Virus record (IMG/VR): IMGVR_UViG_2531839366_000001 | Location: 1 to 64,000 of that record | DNA length: 64,000 nucleotides | DNA from: a virus | Taxonomy: Duplodnaviria > Caudoviricetes | Direction: 5' to 3' (one strand) | Shown here: piece after piece, positions 28,043 to 38,149 of the stretch | Numbering within the stretch: the first letter of the stretch is position 1 | Layout of the letters: each line of letters begins with the position of its first letter | Program-made: the position numbers and the translations under genes | The notes under the pieces: model-generated | The model's database searches: none | What the model was told of the DNA's origin: nothing | Seen by the model: only the letters and a program-made list of their open reading frames with translations

Positions 28043-29869
28043 TTAATCCTCGTTAATTATATCTTGGATAATTCCAAAAACTGGACGAAAACTCTCAAAA
28101 TTAACCTGATTAAACGGTTCAGCTTCATCATAAATGTATTGAGCGAAATTATTTTTGGAAAGAGCTATATTTGTGCTATCATCAGTAATATTACAAACCC
28201 CATCATCAATAATTTGTATAGAATTTTCTCCACATTTATTTTTATTTTTGCATATTTTACTACGATCTACGCTAAGACCATATGCAGAAGAAAACTCATT
28301 TCCCATATATAGTCTTCTAAGATGTGAATCTTCTAATTTAATATCTTCATCTGTGTAGTAGTGTTCTATACAAATATTCGGGGTTGACTTTCTATGGATT
28401 GGAATTGGTAATGTAAATGAGTATACATTATTACCCCATTTTTTGAAATTTTCGCCATTATTTCTAGAAGCTTTATTTATTATACCTGGCTCATCTCTGT
28501 CAAATATAGCGATAATTTTCATATCATTTTTTAATTTGGACAAAGCGGCACATAAATTTAATAAATTACTACTTCCCATATCGATTTCATCTTCAAATTT
28601 ATAGAATTCAAAATTATTTTCAGTCATTTGTCCAACTGTTTGAAATTTATTTAAAGCAGCACTTAAATGTTTCCAGTCCGTTTTACCTTCAGTGATAACT
28701 AAATGTTTAGGTACATTTTTAATTTTTTCTTGTAAAAAATTAATATCAAATGCTTCTTTAATAACTTGTTCCTCTGTCCAGTTAAAGAATTCCCCTTGAT
28801 CAGGTATGATAACTTCTCCAGTAGGAGTTCTTTTTAAAACTAATACTTTATCATTCAATCGACTATCATTATGAATAACAAAAGGAGAATGCGTTGCAAA
28901 AAATAATTGTGATGTTTGAAATCCTTCACTATTTTTGAATAGGTTTTTATAAAAATCAAGGATTTTTAATTGCCATTTAGGGTGAAGGCTAATCTCAGGT
29001 TCATCTATAAATACAACTGAACCTTCTGTTGCAAGTTTATTTCTTAATAAAAAGCTTCCTCTAAAAACAATTTGTTTTTCTCCAGAGCTTAAATCATTTA
29101 TCGTAATTTCTTTTCCAAACTCTTCAAATAAAATAAGCTTCCCATTTGCTGTATTTACTACTTTTTTATATTTCTTATTCGGAAAAATACTTTCAAACGC
29201 ATTTTTAAATCTTTTCATACGTATATCTCTTATACCATCAGATACTTGAGCTGTAGGATTTCCGTCAGCCCATTGTGCAAAATCTCCGTTATCTAAAGAT
29301 TCGATATCGACTAATAATTGAGTAATCTCTTGAGCAAGATTTCCTGAAGACTTAATTACATTGCCATGAGGCATATCAATATCTAACGATGTAGTATAAC
29401 CTATTGCCGTTGGTGTATAATTAACATCTACATCAGAGAAAATACTTTGAAAAAGGTTAGTTTCAATTAAAATATAGACCCCAAAATAAATATTAGATGG
29501 TTCATCAACGCTTAAAATATACGGTTGTGTAGCATCTGAAGAACCCGCTTTAGAATAATCCACTGTTATTTTTAATTCGTCACCTAATTTATAACCAAAC
29601 ATTCTTGATTGAAAGGATTGATCTGCCCACAATAATTGTAAATCTTTTTGAGAAAGTTTGAAAATAAATTCAGCTTTTCCATTTGATTTTTTTTGTGGAA
29701 TTGGAGAACTAAAAAAATCAAATATAATATTTAATAACGTTGATTTTCCAGTTCCATTTTCTCCAGCTAGAATGATAGTTTCAAATGGTTGTCCATCCTC
29801 ATCACAAAAATTAAATTCCAAATCCTTATAAATTTCATGATCAAAAAACTTTAAAGATTTAATATACAT
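28043..29869 (-). CDS. OLD-like ABC ATPase-TOPRIM nuclease (stand-alone)
   Basis: GENGTGKS, LSSGEKQ, FIDEPEISLHP and FATHSP, then TOPRIM ITEGKTD...IFDRD; likely start ATG 29869 (RBS GGGGGTGG). Confidence 0.8.
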   Translation of the reverse strand: MYIKSLKFFDHEIYKDLEFNFCDEDGQPFETIILAGENGTGKSTLLNIIFDFFSSPIPQKKSNGKAEFIFKLSQKDLQLLWADQSFQSRMFGYKLGDELKITVDYSKAGSSDATQPYILSVDEPSNIYFGVYILIETNLFQSIFSDVDVNYTPTAIGYTTSLDIDMPHGNVIKSSGNLAQEITQLLVDIESLDNGDFAQWADGNPTAQVSDGIRDIRMKRFKNAFESIFPNKKYKKVVNTANGKLILFEEFGKEITINDLSSGEKQIVFRGSFLLRNKLATEGSVVFIDEPEISLHPKWQLKILDFYKNLFKNSEGFQTSQLFFATHSPFVIHNDSRLNDKVLVLKRTPTGEVIIPDQGEFFNWTEEQVIKEAFDINFLQEKIKNVPKHLVITEGKTDWKHLSAALNKFQTVGQMTENNFEFYKFEDEIDMGSSNLLNLCAALSKLKNDMKIIAIFDRDEPGIINKASRNNGENFKKWGNNVYSFTLPIPIHRKSTPNICIEHYYTDEDIKLEDSHLRRLYMGNEFSSAYGLSVDRSKICKNKNKCGENSIQIIDDGVCNITDDSTNIALSKNNFAQYIYDEAEPFNQVNFESFRPVFGIIQDIINED

Positions 29870-30129
29870 AAGCTCCACCCCCCTTAAATATTCAAAAAAC
29901 CATAGATATCTATAATAATAACAAAGATAGATAAACAATCAGACAATAAATTTCACGTACTATATCCGATATGTAAACCAAAATTTCGAAATAAAGCATA
30001 TTCTAACCATCCATCTCCTTATTCTCTAACTCAGTCAGTTATAATTCCCCTATTTATTCCTCTATCTTAGCTAGTAGTATTTCAGATTAGTATTAAACCC
30101 TGTATTTTTCATCTTTTCTTCATGCTTAT

Positions 30130-30720
30130 ACTTGACTAAAGGTCTTGAGGGTTTTTATCATGTGGGAACGATTAAGGAACACGGCTGGAAGGCAGATTTA
30201 TCCCCTACTTTGAAAGATCACAGAAAAAGTAATCGTTCAAAATAGATGGATAAGCGTCTTTGTTTTCGCCATGCGGTCACTTATAAGGTATCCGTATGTA
30301 TAGACCCTGTTCACTCAGCGATCTTCATCGCATACATCCTTTTTCTATGGCTTGTCCTTGTAATATCGTCCCTACACGACAAACTGAATGTACTCCCTAG
30401 CACCGTAATGCTAACGATAACCTCCCGAACCTTTTAGAGACTCGTCCCTAGGCAAGTTCTCGCCTACCCTCACCAGATGAACAGGAATCCAATGAGGGGC
30501 GCTGTTTTTGTAGGCGTATACTCTGTACCCCCTGCACGACCAACAGCAAGCCACGCCGTAACACGTTCCCGCTAAATGTATGCAGCACGGAATCACGGCT
30601 TATCAGTTTTTAATTACGTGGTATCAGGCAATTCCACGCGAACAAAAAACAAAAAGGCATCTCCAATTCCTAAATGACCTGTACATTCACAAGACTTCTA
30701 GGTTTAGAAATGCCCGTTAT
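30130..30720. other. GC-enriched ~600-bp segment without a credible gene (candidate structured RNA or replicon control region)
   Basis: Visibly more GC-rich than its flanks; only short ORFs with no RBS; lies between the cargo and the par locus. Confidence 0.35.
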
Positions 30721-30799
30721 ATATCTTTTGGACTACAAAATAATCAAAACTAGTATTTACTAGTTGATATTTATCCAAACAATAGATAAAATGGGTATA

Positions 30800-30972
30800 T
30801 CAAAGAAGCCTCGTGAAAAGGCATAGTTGTTTAAGAATAGTGTTGGTGCACTACTTAAACGTTAATACTGTGGTTGAATACAGTTCGTTTCTAGCCAAGT
30901 GGTGGTACACTAGCTAGAAGAGTCATTCCCGCTAAAGGTTGGTAGCCGTTAGCATATGGGAGTGGCTTTTTT
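30800..30972 (+). ncRNA. Candidate sRNA of four tandem hairpins with TGGT/GGTT loops, ending in a terminator
   Basis: tagtg-ttggtg-cacta; actgt-ggttgaat-acagt; tctagc..gtg-gtggta-cac..gctaga; gctaa..gg-ttggtag-cc..ttagc inside agtcattccc/gggagtggct followed by a T run. Confidence 0.5.
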
Positions 30973-31144
30973 ATTTTCTGTTCATATTCAATTGTTCTAT
31001 CGATCTTCGTTTATGTAAAATATCAAATTATGTTTTGTTTTGTAGAATGTTGCTTGTTGTGTACTACGTTACAACAAGCTTTTTTGTTTGTAAATGCCTC
31101 TATAAGCTTACAATATACCACTCTACATAAAATTCGAATTTCAT

Positions 31145-31440
31145 TTTTATACTTTTATAATTTTATACTTTTATAAAAAACTAGTTTTTCAATAACAGAA
31201 TGATAGATTTTTTATACTTTTATAATTTTATAAAAGTATAAAAGTATATTTTTATAAAAAATATACTGATAAAGCCTGATAATACAACATTTTGAAAATA
31301 GGTTTTAAAAACTATCATCTATTTACAGTTTAACTTTAAACTTTTTATAAAAGTATAAAATTATAAATTTATACTTTACCGTTGGTTTGTTGTGTTATAA
31401 AATCAAATTATAAATTTATAAAAGTATAAAAAAACTTTTT
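31145..31440. repeat. AT-rich direct and inverted repeats TTTTATACTTTTATAA (centromere-like parS)
   Basis: Multiple copies in both orientations immediately upstream of parA. Confidence 0.75.
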
Positions 31441-31457
31441 TTACGAGGTGACGGAAA

Positions 31458-32285
31458 ATGTGCAAAGTTATCACAACTGGGAACTTCAAAGGCGGGGTCG
31501 GAAAGACTACCAATGCTGTAATGTTAGCTTATACATTCGCGAAACAAGGAAAGAAAACTTTATTAGTAGATTTAGATCCACAAGCGAATGCGACTGATTT
31601 ACTATTCAACACAATGAAAAAAGTCTATTCGATTGAACCCGAATTCAAAAGAACATTAGCTATGTCTCTTATAGATGCAAACTTACAAAGTGCACTAATT
31701 AATGTGCTACCTAACTTAGACTTACTTCCTTCTTACGAGGATTTACAAACATATGAGAAGTTCCTATTCAGAAATTTTGAGGATGACTTCTCGCAAGATA
31801 CTTATTTCGCAAAACAGTTAAGTTCAATCAAAGAAAATTATGATTACATTTTTATTGATGTGCCACCACAATTAAATAAATTTGCAGACAGCGCATTAGT
31901 CGCTAGTGACTATGTTATGGTTATTTTACAAACACAAGAAAGATCATTAAAAGGTGCTCAGAAATACGTTGAACATGTATTTTCGTTAGCAGATGATTAC
32001 AATTTACCTTTAGAAATTATTGGGGCATTACCTGTACTAATGCAAAACGGGAATGAAATAGACAAAGATATTCTTCAAGAAGCCGAAGAGATTTTTGGTA
32101 AAGCCAATGTATTCAGTAATATCATTAAACAGATGGCACGTTTAAAGAGATTTGATAGAACGGGAATCACTTATAATCTGAAAGATGTTCATGATAAAAA
32201 CGTTCATACTGTATACCAAAATATCGCAGGTGAAGTTGAAAAAAGAATCGAGATTTTGGAAGGAATGACAACAGTAAATGGATAA
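31458..32285 (+). CDS. parA: ParA family partition ATPase (type Ib, no N-terminal HTH)
   Basis: KGGVGKT, VDLDPQAN and IDVPP motifs. Confidence 0.95.
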   Translation: MCKVITTGNFKGGVGKTTNAVMLAYTFAKQGKKTLLVDLDPQANATDLLFNTMKKVYSIEPEFKRTLAMSLIDANLQSALINVLPNLDLLPSYEDLQTYEKFLFRNFEDDFSQDTYFAKQLSSIKENYDYIFIDVPPQLNKFADSALVASDYVMVILQTQERSLKGAQKYVEHVFSLADDYNLPLEIIGALPVLMQNGNEIDKDILQEAEEIFGKANVFSNIIKQMARLKRFDRTGITYNLKDVHDKNVHTVYQNIAGEVEKRIEILEGMTTVNG

Positions 32286-32637
32286 CAAATTGAATATAGA
32301 CAAAGAACAACTTGGTATGAGAAGAAAGAAAACTGAAGGATCAGTAACCTTTACGCCTGAAAGTAAAGAAAATCAAGAACGTAGTTTTCCTGACGATGAG
32401 AAGCTCTTTGAAAAACCTAAGAGAAAACTTACTACAAAAGAGTTACCAAAATCTTTCCGTGTTTCATTAGAAACACACACAGCAATATCAACACTTGCTA
32501 CAATTGAAGATATGAAAATTTATGAAGTAATAAATATGTTAATTGAAGAAAAAGTTGCTTCGTTACCTACACCGAAACAAAAGTTAGTAAAAAACGCTGT
32601 AAAACAAGTACTTGAATCGAAGAAAAGTCGAGAATAG
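32278..32637 (+). CDS. Small ParB-like centromere-binding protein (RHH type)
   Basis: Overlaps the parA stop; disordered N-terminus plus KSFRVSLETH.. beta-alpha-alpha pattern. Confidence 0.7.
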   Translation: MDNKLNIDKEQLGMRRKKTEGSVTFTPESKENQERSFPDDEKLFEKPKRKLTTKELPKSFRVSLETHTAISTLATIEDMKIYEVINMLIEEKVASLPTPKQKLVKNAVKQVLESKKSRE

Positions 32638-32675
32638 GAATGAAGTTAAACTTTATTCCTATCTAAATAAACGCA

Positions 32676-32725
32676 TTTATAATTTTATAAAATTATAAAG
32701 TTATACTTTTATAAAATTATAAAAA
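32676..32725. repeat. Second cluster of the parS-like repeat
   Basis: tttataattttataaaattataaagttatacttttataaaattataaaaa. Confidence 0.7.
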
Positions 32726-32735
32726 TCAAATAGGA

Positions 32736-33095
32736 GTGGTACCTTTGGAAAATAAAAGTAAATCTTTTGTAGTAACTGTAACGCCTATTACCGAAAGTTC
32801 GGATTTAAATACTCAACTCGATCACGCTAACATGGAAAAGGAAATACAGACACCAGAGAAACCAGATCAACGTTTAGTTCCATCTAAAACAGCTAAAATT
32901 TCACCTGCTGTTTTGCTAAAGCTAAATACCCTTAAGCCATTTATTCAAGAACAAGAAGGTATGGATAAAACATCAATTAACAACATCATTAATATGCTTG
33001 TTGAAAACTATGTAGATACCCATCTAGCAAATCGACATTCTAAAGCATATAAAGATATGTACAAGCGTCTTTATGAGATGTTAGAAAATGAATAA
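32736..33095 (+). CDS. Second small RHH-like DNA-binding protein
   Basis: KTAKISPAVLLKLNTL...INNIINML; architecture similar to 32278..32637. Confidence 0.55.
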   Translation: MVPLENKSKSFVVTVTPITESSDLNTQLDHANMEKEIQTPEKPDQRLVPSKTAKISPAVLLKLNTLKPFIQEQEGMDKTSINNIINMLVENYVDTHLANRHSKAYKDMYKRLYEMLENE

Positions 33096-33173
33096 TAAGC
33101 AAAAAATACAATGAGCTGCCCATATGGACAGCTCGTTTACAAAATTATCGTTATTGGAAGTCGTTTTAAAATT

Positions 33174-33383
33174 CTACATGTTTACTTTTTTCTTGTTCTT
33201 ACGAATAAACCACAACACCACCGTTAAAAATAATAAAAAAATCAGTAAAAAGAGCGGTATTTTTTGAATAAAGAAAAATCCTTTCCAAAAATCTAACCTA
33301 GTACTATCAGGAGAATCTGTTGCCATCACACCTATAAAAAAAGACAACGGAATAGTAAGTATATTTATCCCTAAACCGATCAT
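33174..33383 (-). pseudogene. N-terminally truncated paralogue 1 of a 3-TM membrane family
   Basis: MATDSPDST..F..GF.FIQ motif; lacks the first TM helix found in the paralogues. Confidence 0.65.
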
Positions 33384-33507
33384 TACGAATGTTAGATTTT
33401 TACTCCAGATTTTTGGTAATGCTGGCGGTACCCCTTCTTGTTCTTACCAGAACCTCCGCCACTAGCTTATTTACATACCTATCGTTAGCGGAAGGCATTT
33501 TAAAATT

Positions 33508-33819
33508 CTATATGTCGATTTTTTCTTTGACCTTGCGGATAAACCACCATATCAAAGCTACAAGTAGTAGGAGGAGCGGTATTCCCTGAATAAAGAGAAA
33601 TCCTCCCCAAAAATCAAGTACAGTACTATATGGAGAGTCTGTTGCCATCACACCTATAAATAAAGCCACTGGAATTGTGCATAGATTTGCCCCTAAACTG
33701 ACCATTATGAATGTTAGATTTTTACCCTTATTTTTTGGTGAATCAGAATTGAAGAATGAGAATACTGCAATGCCGCATATAAAATACAGTATTACATAAA
33801 GCTGATTAAGATATCCCAT
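33508..33819 (-). CDS. 3-TM membrane protein, paralogue 2
   Basis: MATDSPYSTVLDFWGGFLFIQGIPLLL. Confidence 0.8.
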   Translation of the reverse strand: MGYLNQLYVILYFICGIAVFSFFNSDSPKNKGKNLTFIMVSLGANLCTIPVALFIGVMATDSPYSTVLDFWGGFLFIQGIPLLLLLVALIWWFIRKVKEKIDI

Positions 33820-33965
33820 AATATTCCTCCATTAGCAAGTTCGATTTTGTATAAATTCGAATGGATAGGATATATATATAAATTTAACGTTATATAATAT
33901 TATTGATAGCAAGAAAAAAACGGATCCCTCCTCTAAAAAGGAATCCACTCTTTCATTATGTACTT

Positions 33966-34262
33966 CTATACTTGATTTGTTTTCTTTGTTAGTGCAAACT
34001 TCAAAAAAGCTGCAAGTAGTAGGAGGAGCGGTATTCCCTGAATAAAGAGAAATCCTCCAAGAAAATCAAGCGTAGTACTATCTGGAGGGGCTGTTGCCAT
34101 CCCACCTATAAAAAAAGCCATTGGACTTGCGAGTAGATTTATCCCTAAACAGACCATTATCAATGATAGGTTTTTAGCCTTAATTTTTGATGAACCAGAC
34201 AAGAAAAATAAGAATATTGCAGTGCCGAATATAAGAAACAGTATTACATAAAAATTTACCAT
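33966..34262 (-). CDS. 3-TM membrane protein, paralogue 3
   Basis: Start ATG 34262 (RBS GGAGGG); MATAPPDSTTLDFLGGFLFIQGIPLLL. Confidence 0.8.
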   Translation of the reverse strand: MVNFYVILFLIFGTAIFLFFLSGSSKIKAKNLSLIMVCLGINLLASPMAFFIGGMATAPPDSTTLDFLGGFLFIQGIPLLLLLAAFLKFALTKKTNQV

Positions 34263-34445
34263 AATATCCCTCCAAGACTTTAATTGTACCATCAGCTAGG
34301 ACAAATTTGAACAAATAGGATATTTATATAAGTCAGATATAGTGTCTCTTTATCAGTTGTAATAAAAAAGCGGATCCCAACTCTCATAAGGAATCCACTC
34401 TTTCTTTTTCTACAACTCTATTTTTATACGTTCCTCTTCTTGTCC

Positions 34446-34520
34446 TTACCAGAACCTCCACCACGGCTTTTTCTTCTCTTTCGCAGCCGCAACCTCATCC
34501 TGAAATCCCTGCATCATTCT
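34446..34520 (-). repeat. Duplicated 3' end of the DUF3967 gene (a shorter copy lies at 33444-33470)
   Basis: Encodes ..FQDEVAAAKEKKKPWWRFW*, versus ..FRDEVAATKEKKKPWWRFW* in the intact gene. Confidence 0.85.
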
Positions 34521-34713
34521 CTTTGTTGAAAATTATGAACTTATTGATGAAATGTTAGATTACTATATCGCTAATAAGTTGAATTCAAATGAACAAGATA
34601 ACCTAAACGACATAATATCTATACGAAAATAAGCCCTACATATGTAGGGACTTTTTCAAATTACTATATTCACCACTAGCTCATTTACACGATTATCGAT
34701 ATAGGAAATAGTA

Positions 34714-35214
34714 TTAAGCATCCGGCAGTACAAATTCCATTTGCTGACTCTGTGTTTTAAATCCGAGTTTTTCGTAGAATCGTATAGCCTTCTTGTTAAA
34801 TTCTAAAACATTCAATTCTACGCTTGTTGCTTGTATTTCTTTAGCATACTCAAATGATTTTTGAACTAATATTTTCCCAATTCCTGTTCCTTGACATATT
34901 TCGCTTACACCAATATTGCGGATAAAGAGTACTTTTCGCTCAACTAACTTTGGATTTTCGGATGGTTCTTTAATATCTAAGATTATGTAAGCAAGAATCT
35001 CTTTATTATTATCCTCTACTACAAATATCTCTATGGTTGTATCAATAAGCCATGCTTCGTATGCATTGTGATCCAAAGAAGCTGAAGTATCAGAATAAAT
35101 ATCTGGTCTTCCCTCTATATGTAACTGTTGAACTTGCTTGTTTATATTTGATATATCCCAAAAATCTTCTGAAGTAGCTATTCTTACAGTGAAAGGCAAA
35201 ACTTCATTAGACAT
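34714..35214 (-). CDS. GNAT family N-acetyltransferase
   Basis: CQGTGIGK acetyl-CoA loop; LNVLEFNKKAIRFYEKLGF. Confidence 0.9.
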   Translation of the reverse strand: MSNEVLPFTVRIATSEDFWDISNINKQVQQLHIEGRPDIYSDTSASLDHNAYEAWLIDTTIEIFVVEDNNKEILAYIILDIKEPSENPKLVERKVLFIRNIGVSEICQGTGIGKILVQKSFEYAKEIQATSVELNVLEFNKKAIRFYEKLGFKTQSQQMEFVLPDA

Positions 35215-35322
35215 AAGTACATTCCTCCTAATGTTTTATTTAAAGTGGGTTTAACAAAGCACATCATTATCGGTAACAAGGACAAAGAGGAACCCTACTA
35301 TCACAAGGGAACCTCCTTGCTC

Positions 35323-35913
35323 TCACCAAAACCTCCACCACGGCTTTTTCTTCTCTTTTGTAGCAGCAACCTCATCCCGAAATTCCTGCATCAACCTCTT
35401 CGCTTCCTGCATCTCACGTAGTGTCTTCATAAGCGTCTCATCTCGCGCTTCCAATCTTTTTTCCACTCGTTCATTATGTGCTTCTACGCTCGCTTTAATT
35501 TCTTCATTACTTTGCTTCGCCTGCTCACTTAATCGCTTCTCCATTGCTAACATGCTCTGATTCACTTCTTGTGTCATAACGCTGTACTGTTCCTGTAGTT
35601 GCTGTTTAATGTGGAATGGCACTAAGTCCGTTTCCTCAGCCTCTTCTTGAATCAGATCCGGATTAACTTTTTCTATTTGCTGCGCAATCATCTTCGCTGC
35701 CTTCTCTAGCGTCATACCGTCATGCTTGCTGAGTTCAATTAACTTCTCTATCACCATGACGTCATGCTCGGTGTACTCTCTCTTACCTTGTTTATTCTTC
35801 TTAATCATGTAGGATTCTCGTTGGAGGACTTCAACATACTTTCTTAGTGTGCTATCGCTCACTTTTAAGCGACTATAGACGTCTTTAGCGGTATAAATAA
35901 TCTCATCCGTCAT
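35323..35913 (-). CDS. MerR-like HTH + coiled coil, DUF3967 family
   Basis: N-terminal HTH STLRKY; C-terminal KKKPWWRFW. Confidence 0.8.
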   Translation of the reverse strand: MTDEIIYTAKDVYSRLKVSDSTLRKYVEVLQRESYMIKKNKQGKREYTEHDVMVIEKLIELSKHDGMTLEKAAKMIAQQIEKVNPDLIQEEAEETDLVPFHIKQQLQEQYSVMTQEVNQSMLAMEKRLSEQAKQSNEEIKASVEAHNERVEKRLEARDETLMKTLREMQEAKRLMQEFRDEVAATKEKKKPWWRFW

Positions 35914-36106
35914 AGCGTCACAACACCTCCTAGTGACAGTATTCCATGATTGGTGTAAAATTCCTGCAAAGAAAAAAGCCCCCGGTTAGGGCTTAGTATT
36001 CTATATTACGATTCTTAGGCATAACATATATATTGTCTGTTACCCTTGTAACTCTTCCTAGATTCAACGGCCAAACTGAGTGTGCTGTTTAGTTAAGGAA
36101 GAGTTA

Positions 36107-36715
36107 CTATATTTTCGTTGCAAGACTATCCATGAAATTGTTAATTGAAGAAGCTTGGAAGATACGTAAATTAGAAGAATTAATATCGTACTGCTTATCA
36201 GTAATAATGAGGATTGATGGGAAGAATTTAGATCCTTTCGGCTGCCACGATTCGTTATGCCATTCCTGACTGTGGAAATATAACTCATACCTGTTTATTT
36301 TATCTTGCATAATCTTTTTACTGTAAACAGACTTCTGAACCTCAATGAAGAATGGAGATCTATTCCAAATGGCAAATGCATCTGGTTCCATATAGTCTCT
36401 ACCGTATTTCGGTTCGACTTTATATAGTTTCGGCTTTTCATAATGGATAAGCTGTTTATATACGTCTACAATACCGAGGAAGTGGGGAATCTTCTGGCTA
36501 GTTTTGCGAAGTGTGCTAGGTTGAGGGAAATATATAAATGGCTGTTGCGAGATATTGGCATCCACATGACCGTCTCTTCTTAATCGTTTCATCACGGTAT
36601 TACAGCAAGTAACCGCGTTATTTAATCCTTGAAAATGCAAGTCGATAATGTCATCACGGGACATACACCTAAAACGTTTCAGATTACTTAGAATCGCTTT
36701 ATCTCTATTCCTCAT
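36107..36715 (-). CDS. Replication-relaxation (Replic_Relax) family protein
   Basis: MRNRDKAILSNLKRFR..., HFLGI, EPDAF and FFIEVQ nuclease-like motifs. Confidence 0.85.
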   Translation of the reverse strand: MRNRDKAILSNLKRFRCMSRDDIIDLHFQGLNNAVTCCNTVMKRLRRDGHVDANISQQPFIYFPQPSTLRKTSQKIPHFLGIVDVYKQLIHYEKPKLYKVEPKYGRDYMEPDAFAIWNRSPFFIEVQKSVYSKKIMQDKINRYELYFHSQEWHNESWQPKGSKFFPSILIITDKQYDINSSNLRIFQASSINNFMDSLATKI

Positions 36716-37871
36716 CGTCTAACACCCCAAACAACGGAATCTCTTCTTGTGAATGATTCTGAAGCGTCATATCCTCTTTTGGTATGCGATAAGTTTCAAC
36801 AATCTGTTTCGCCTTACTTAATTCTAAAAATGGAGCTTGCACTTTCTTTAATCCATTTAGTTTTAGAATCATTTGGCCCGATTGCTCCAAGTGTTCTGAA
36901 CCAGGTGTACCCATGATATTACTGTTAATCGTACTATCACATTTAAATCCCATTCTAACTGTCATATTAAGCTTTAATTTGCCATCTAATACTTTTGCAT
37001 CAGGACGTTGCATGGAAAGCATGAGGAACACTCCGAGTGCCCTACCGACTGCCGATATCTTTTCAACTGTAGACATACATTCTTTTTCATTTTGCAACAT
37101 GGCTACTTCATCAATAGCGAGTAAGATATATGGTTTCTGATTATCAGGATTCAATTTATTGTATTCGTCAATATGGTCCACTTCATGCTCTTCCATGAGT
37201 TTTCTGCGCTCTCTGATTTCCTTCCACACTTTCTGAAGCATTATCTTCATTTCGATTTCTTCCATACAAACCTCTTTTACGTGTTTTACCCTTCGTAAAA
37301 AATGAAATTCGGAATTCTTCAAGTCGCCCAGGTACAAGTGTAATTTTTCAGGAGACATGTATTGAATGAGTGTGGACAGAACAACGCGTACCATACTACT
37401 TTTTCCACTTCCTGTTTCTCCTGCAATTAATAAATGTGGTGTATTTGAATCAACCATGTCATACGTAATCATGTTTCCGAATTGGTCCCGACCCACCACA
37501 ACAGGAAGACGATACTTTTTCAATAGTGGCTGCCATTTCTTATAACTGTAATTGTATGGTTGTAGTCCTGCATCCGAATGAAATACATTAAGTACAAACT
37601 TTTTAATATCACCTTCAATTGCTACGTTACGTCCTAATATTTGTTGAAAGCAAAACCATTTCTTTTCAATGGTCTTCGGATCTAAACCATTTGGAATGGT
37701 AAATATATATTTAACACTTTCTTGTGTGGAGGAAACATCATGTATCTTAGGATAAATCGGTACTTTTCCCCCTCTTGTTTGATGATCCACATATAAACCT
37801 GCTTTTCCAAATACCTCTATAAGCTGATTCTTCAAATTTTGTTTATGAAGCCATTCTTTGATGAGTCCCAT
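36705..37871 (-). CDS. FtsK/SpoIIIE-family ATPase
   Basis: PHLLIAGETGSGKS, LAIDEVA and LSMQRP motifs. Confidence 0.9.
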   Translation of the reverse strand: MGLIKEWLHKQNLKNQLIEVFGKAGLYVDHQTRGGKVPIYPKIHDVSSTQESVKYIFTIPNGLDPKTIEKKWFCFQQILGRNVAIEGDIKKFVLNVFHSDAGLQPYNYSYKKWQPLLKKYRLPVVVGRDQFGNMITYDMVDSNTPHLLIAGETGSGKSSMVRVVLSTLIQYMSPEKLHLYLGDLKNSEFHFLRRVKHVKEVCMEEIEMKIMLQKVWKEIRERRKLMEEHEVDHIDEYNKLNPDNQKPYILLAIDEVAMLQNEKECMSTVEKISAVGRALGVFLMLSMQRPDAKVLDGKLKLNMTVRMGFKCDSTINSNIMGTPGSEHLEQSGQMILKLNGLKKVQAPFLELSKAKQIVETYRIPKEDMTLQNHSQEEIPLFGVLDDEE

Positions 37872-37881
37872 GTGGCACCTC

Positions 37882-38076
37882 CTAGAACATGATTAAGATT
37901 TTGATAAATACATATCCGATGAAACAAACTCCACCTACTCTCATTCCGTAGTACATTCCATCACTTAAAAGTTTAGCTGCCGCAACGTGATCGTTTTTAA
38001 CAAGGTGCTTTTCTAATACCGCTCCACAAATTGTCGTTACTCCTAAAGCTCCTAATGAAATAAATGTAGTTAACAT
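37882..38076 (-). CDS. Small 2-TM protein leading the FtsK operon
   Basis: Two hydrophobic segments; RBS AAGGAG. Confidence 0.7.
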   Translation of the reverse strand: MLTTFISLGALGVTTICGAVLEKHLVKNDHVAAAKLLSDGMYYGMRVGGVCFIGYVFIKILIMF

Positions 38077-38149
38077 ATAAAACGCTCCTTTATAAAACAG
38101 AATTTGAAATGCCGATGATACATAGGTTTATCGCCTCAAAACCATGGTA

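Noticed and set aside
28043-29938. Gabija or retron call; start at 29938
   Set aside because: No UvrD or reverse transcriptase partner; the RBS supports ATG 29869.
31145-31440. CRISPR array
   Set aside because: Low-complexity AT repeats without unique spacers; no cas genes. No CRISPR, tRNA or rRNA was recognised anywhere in the window.
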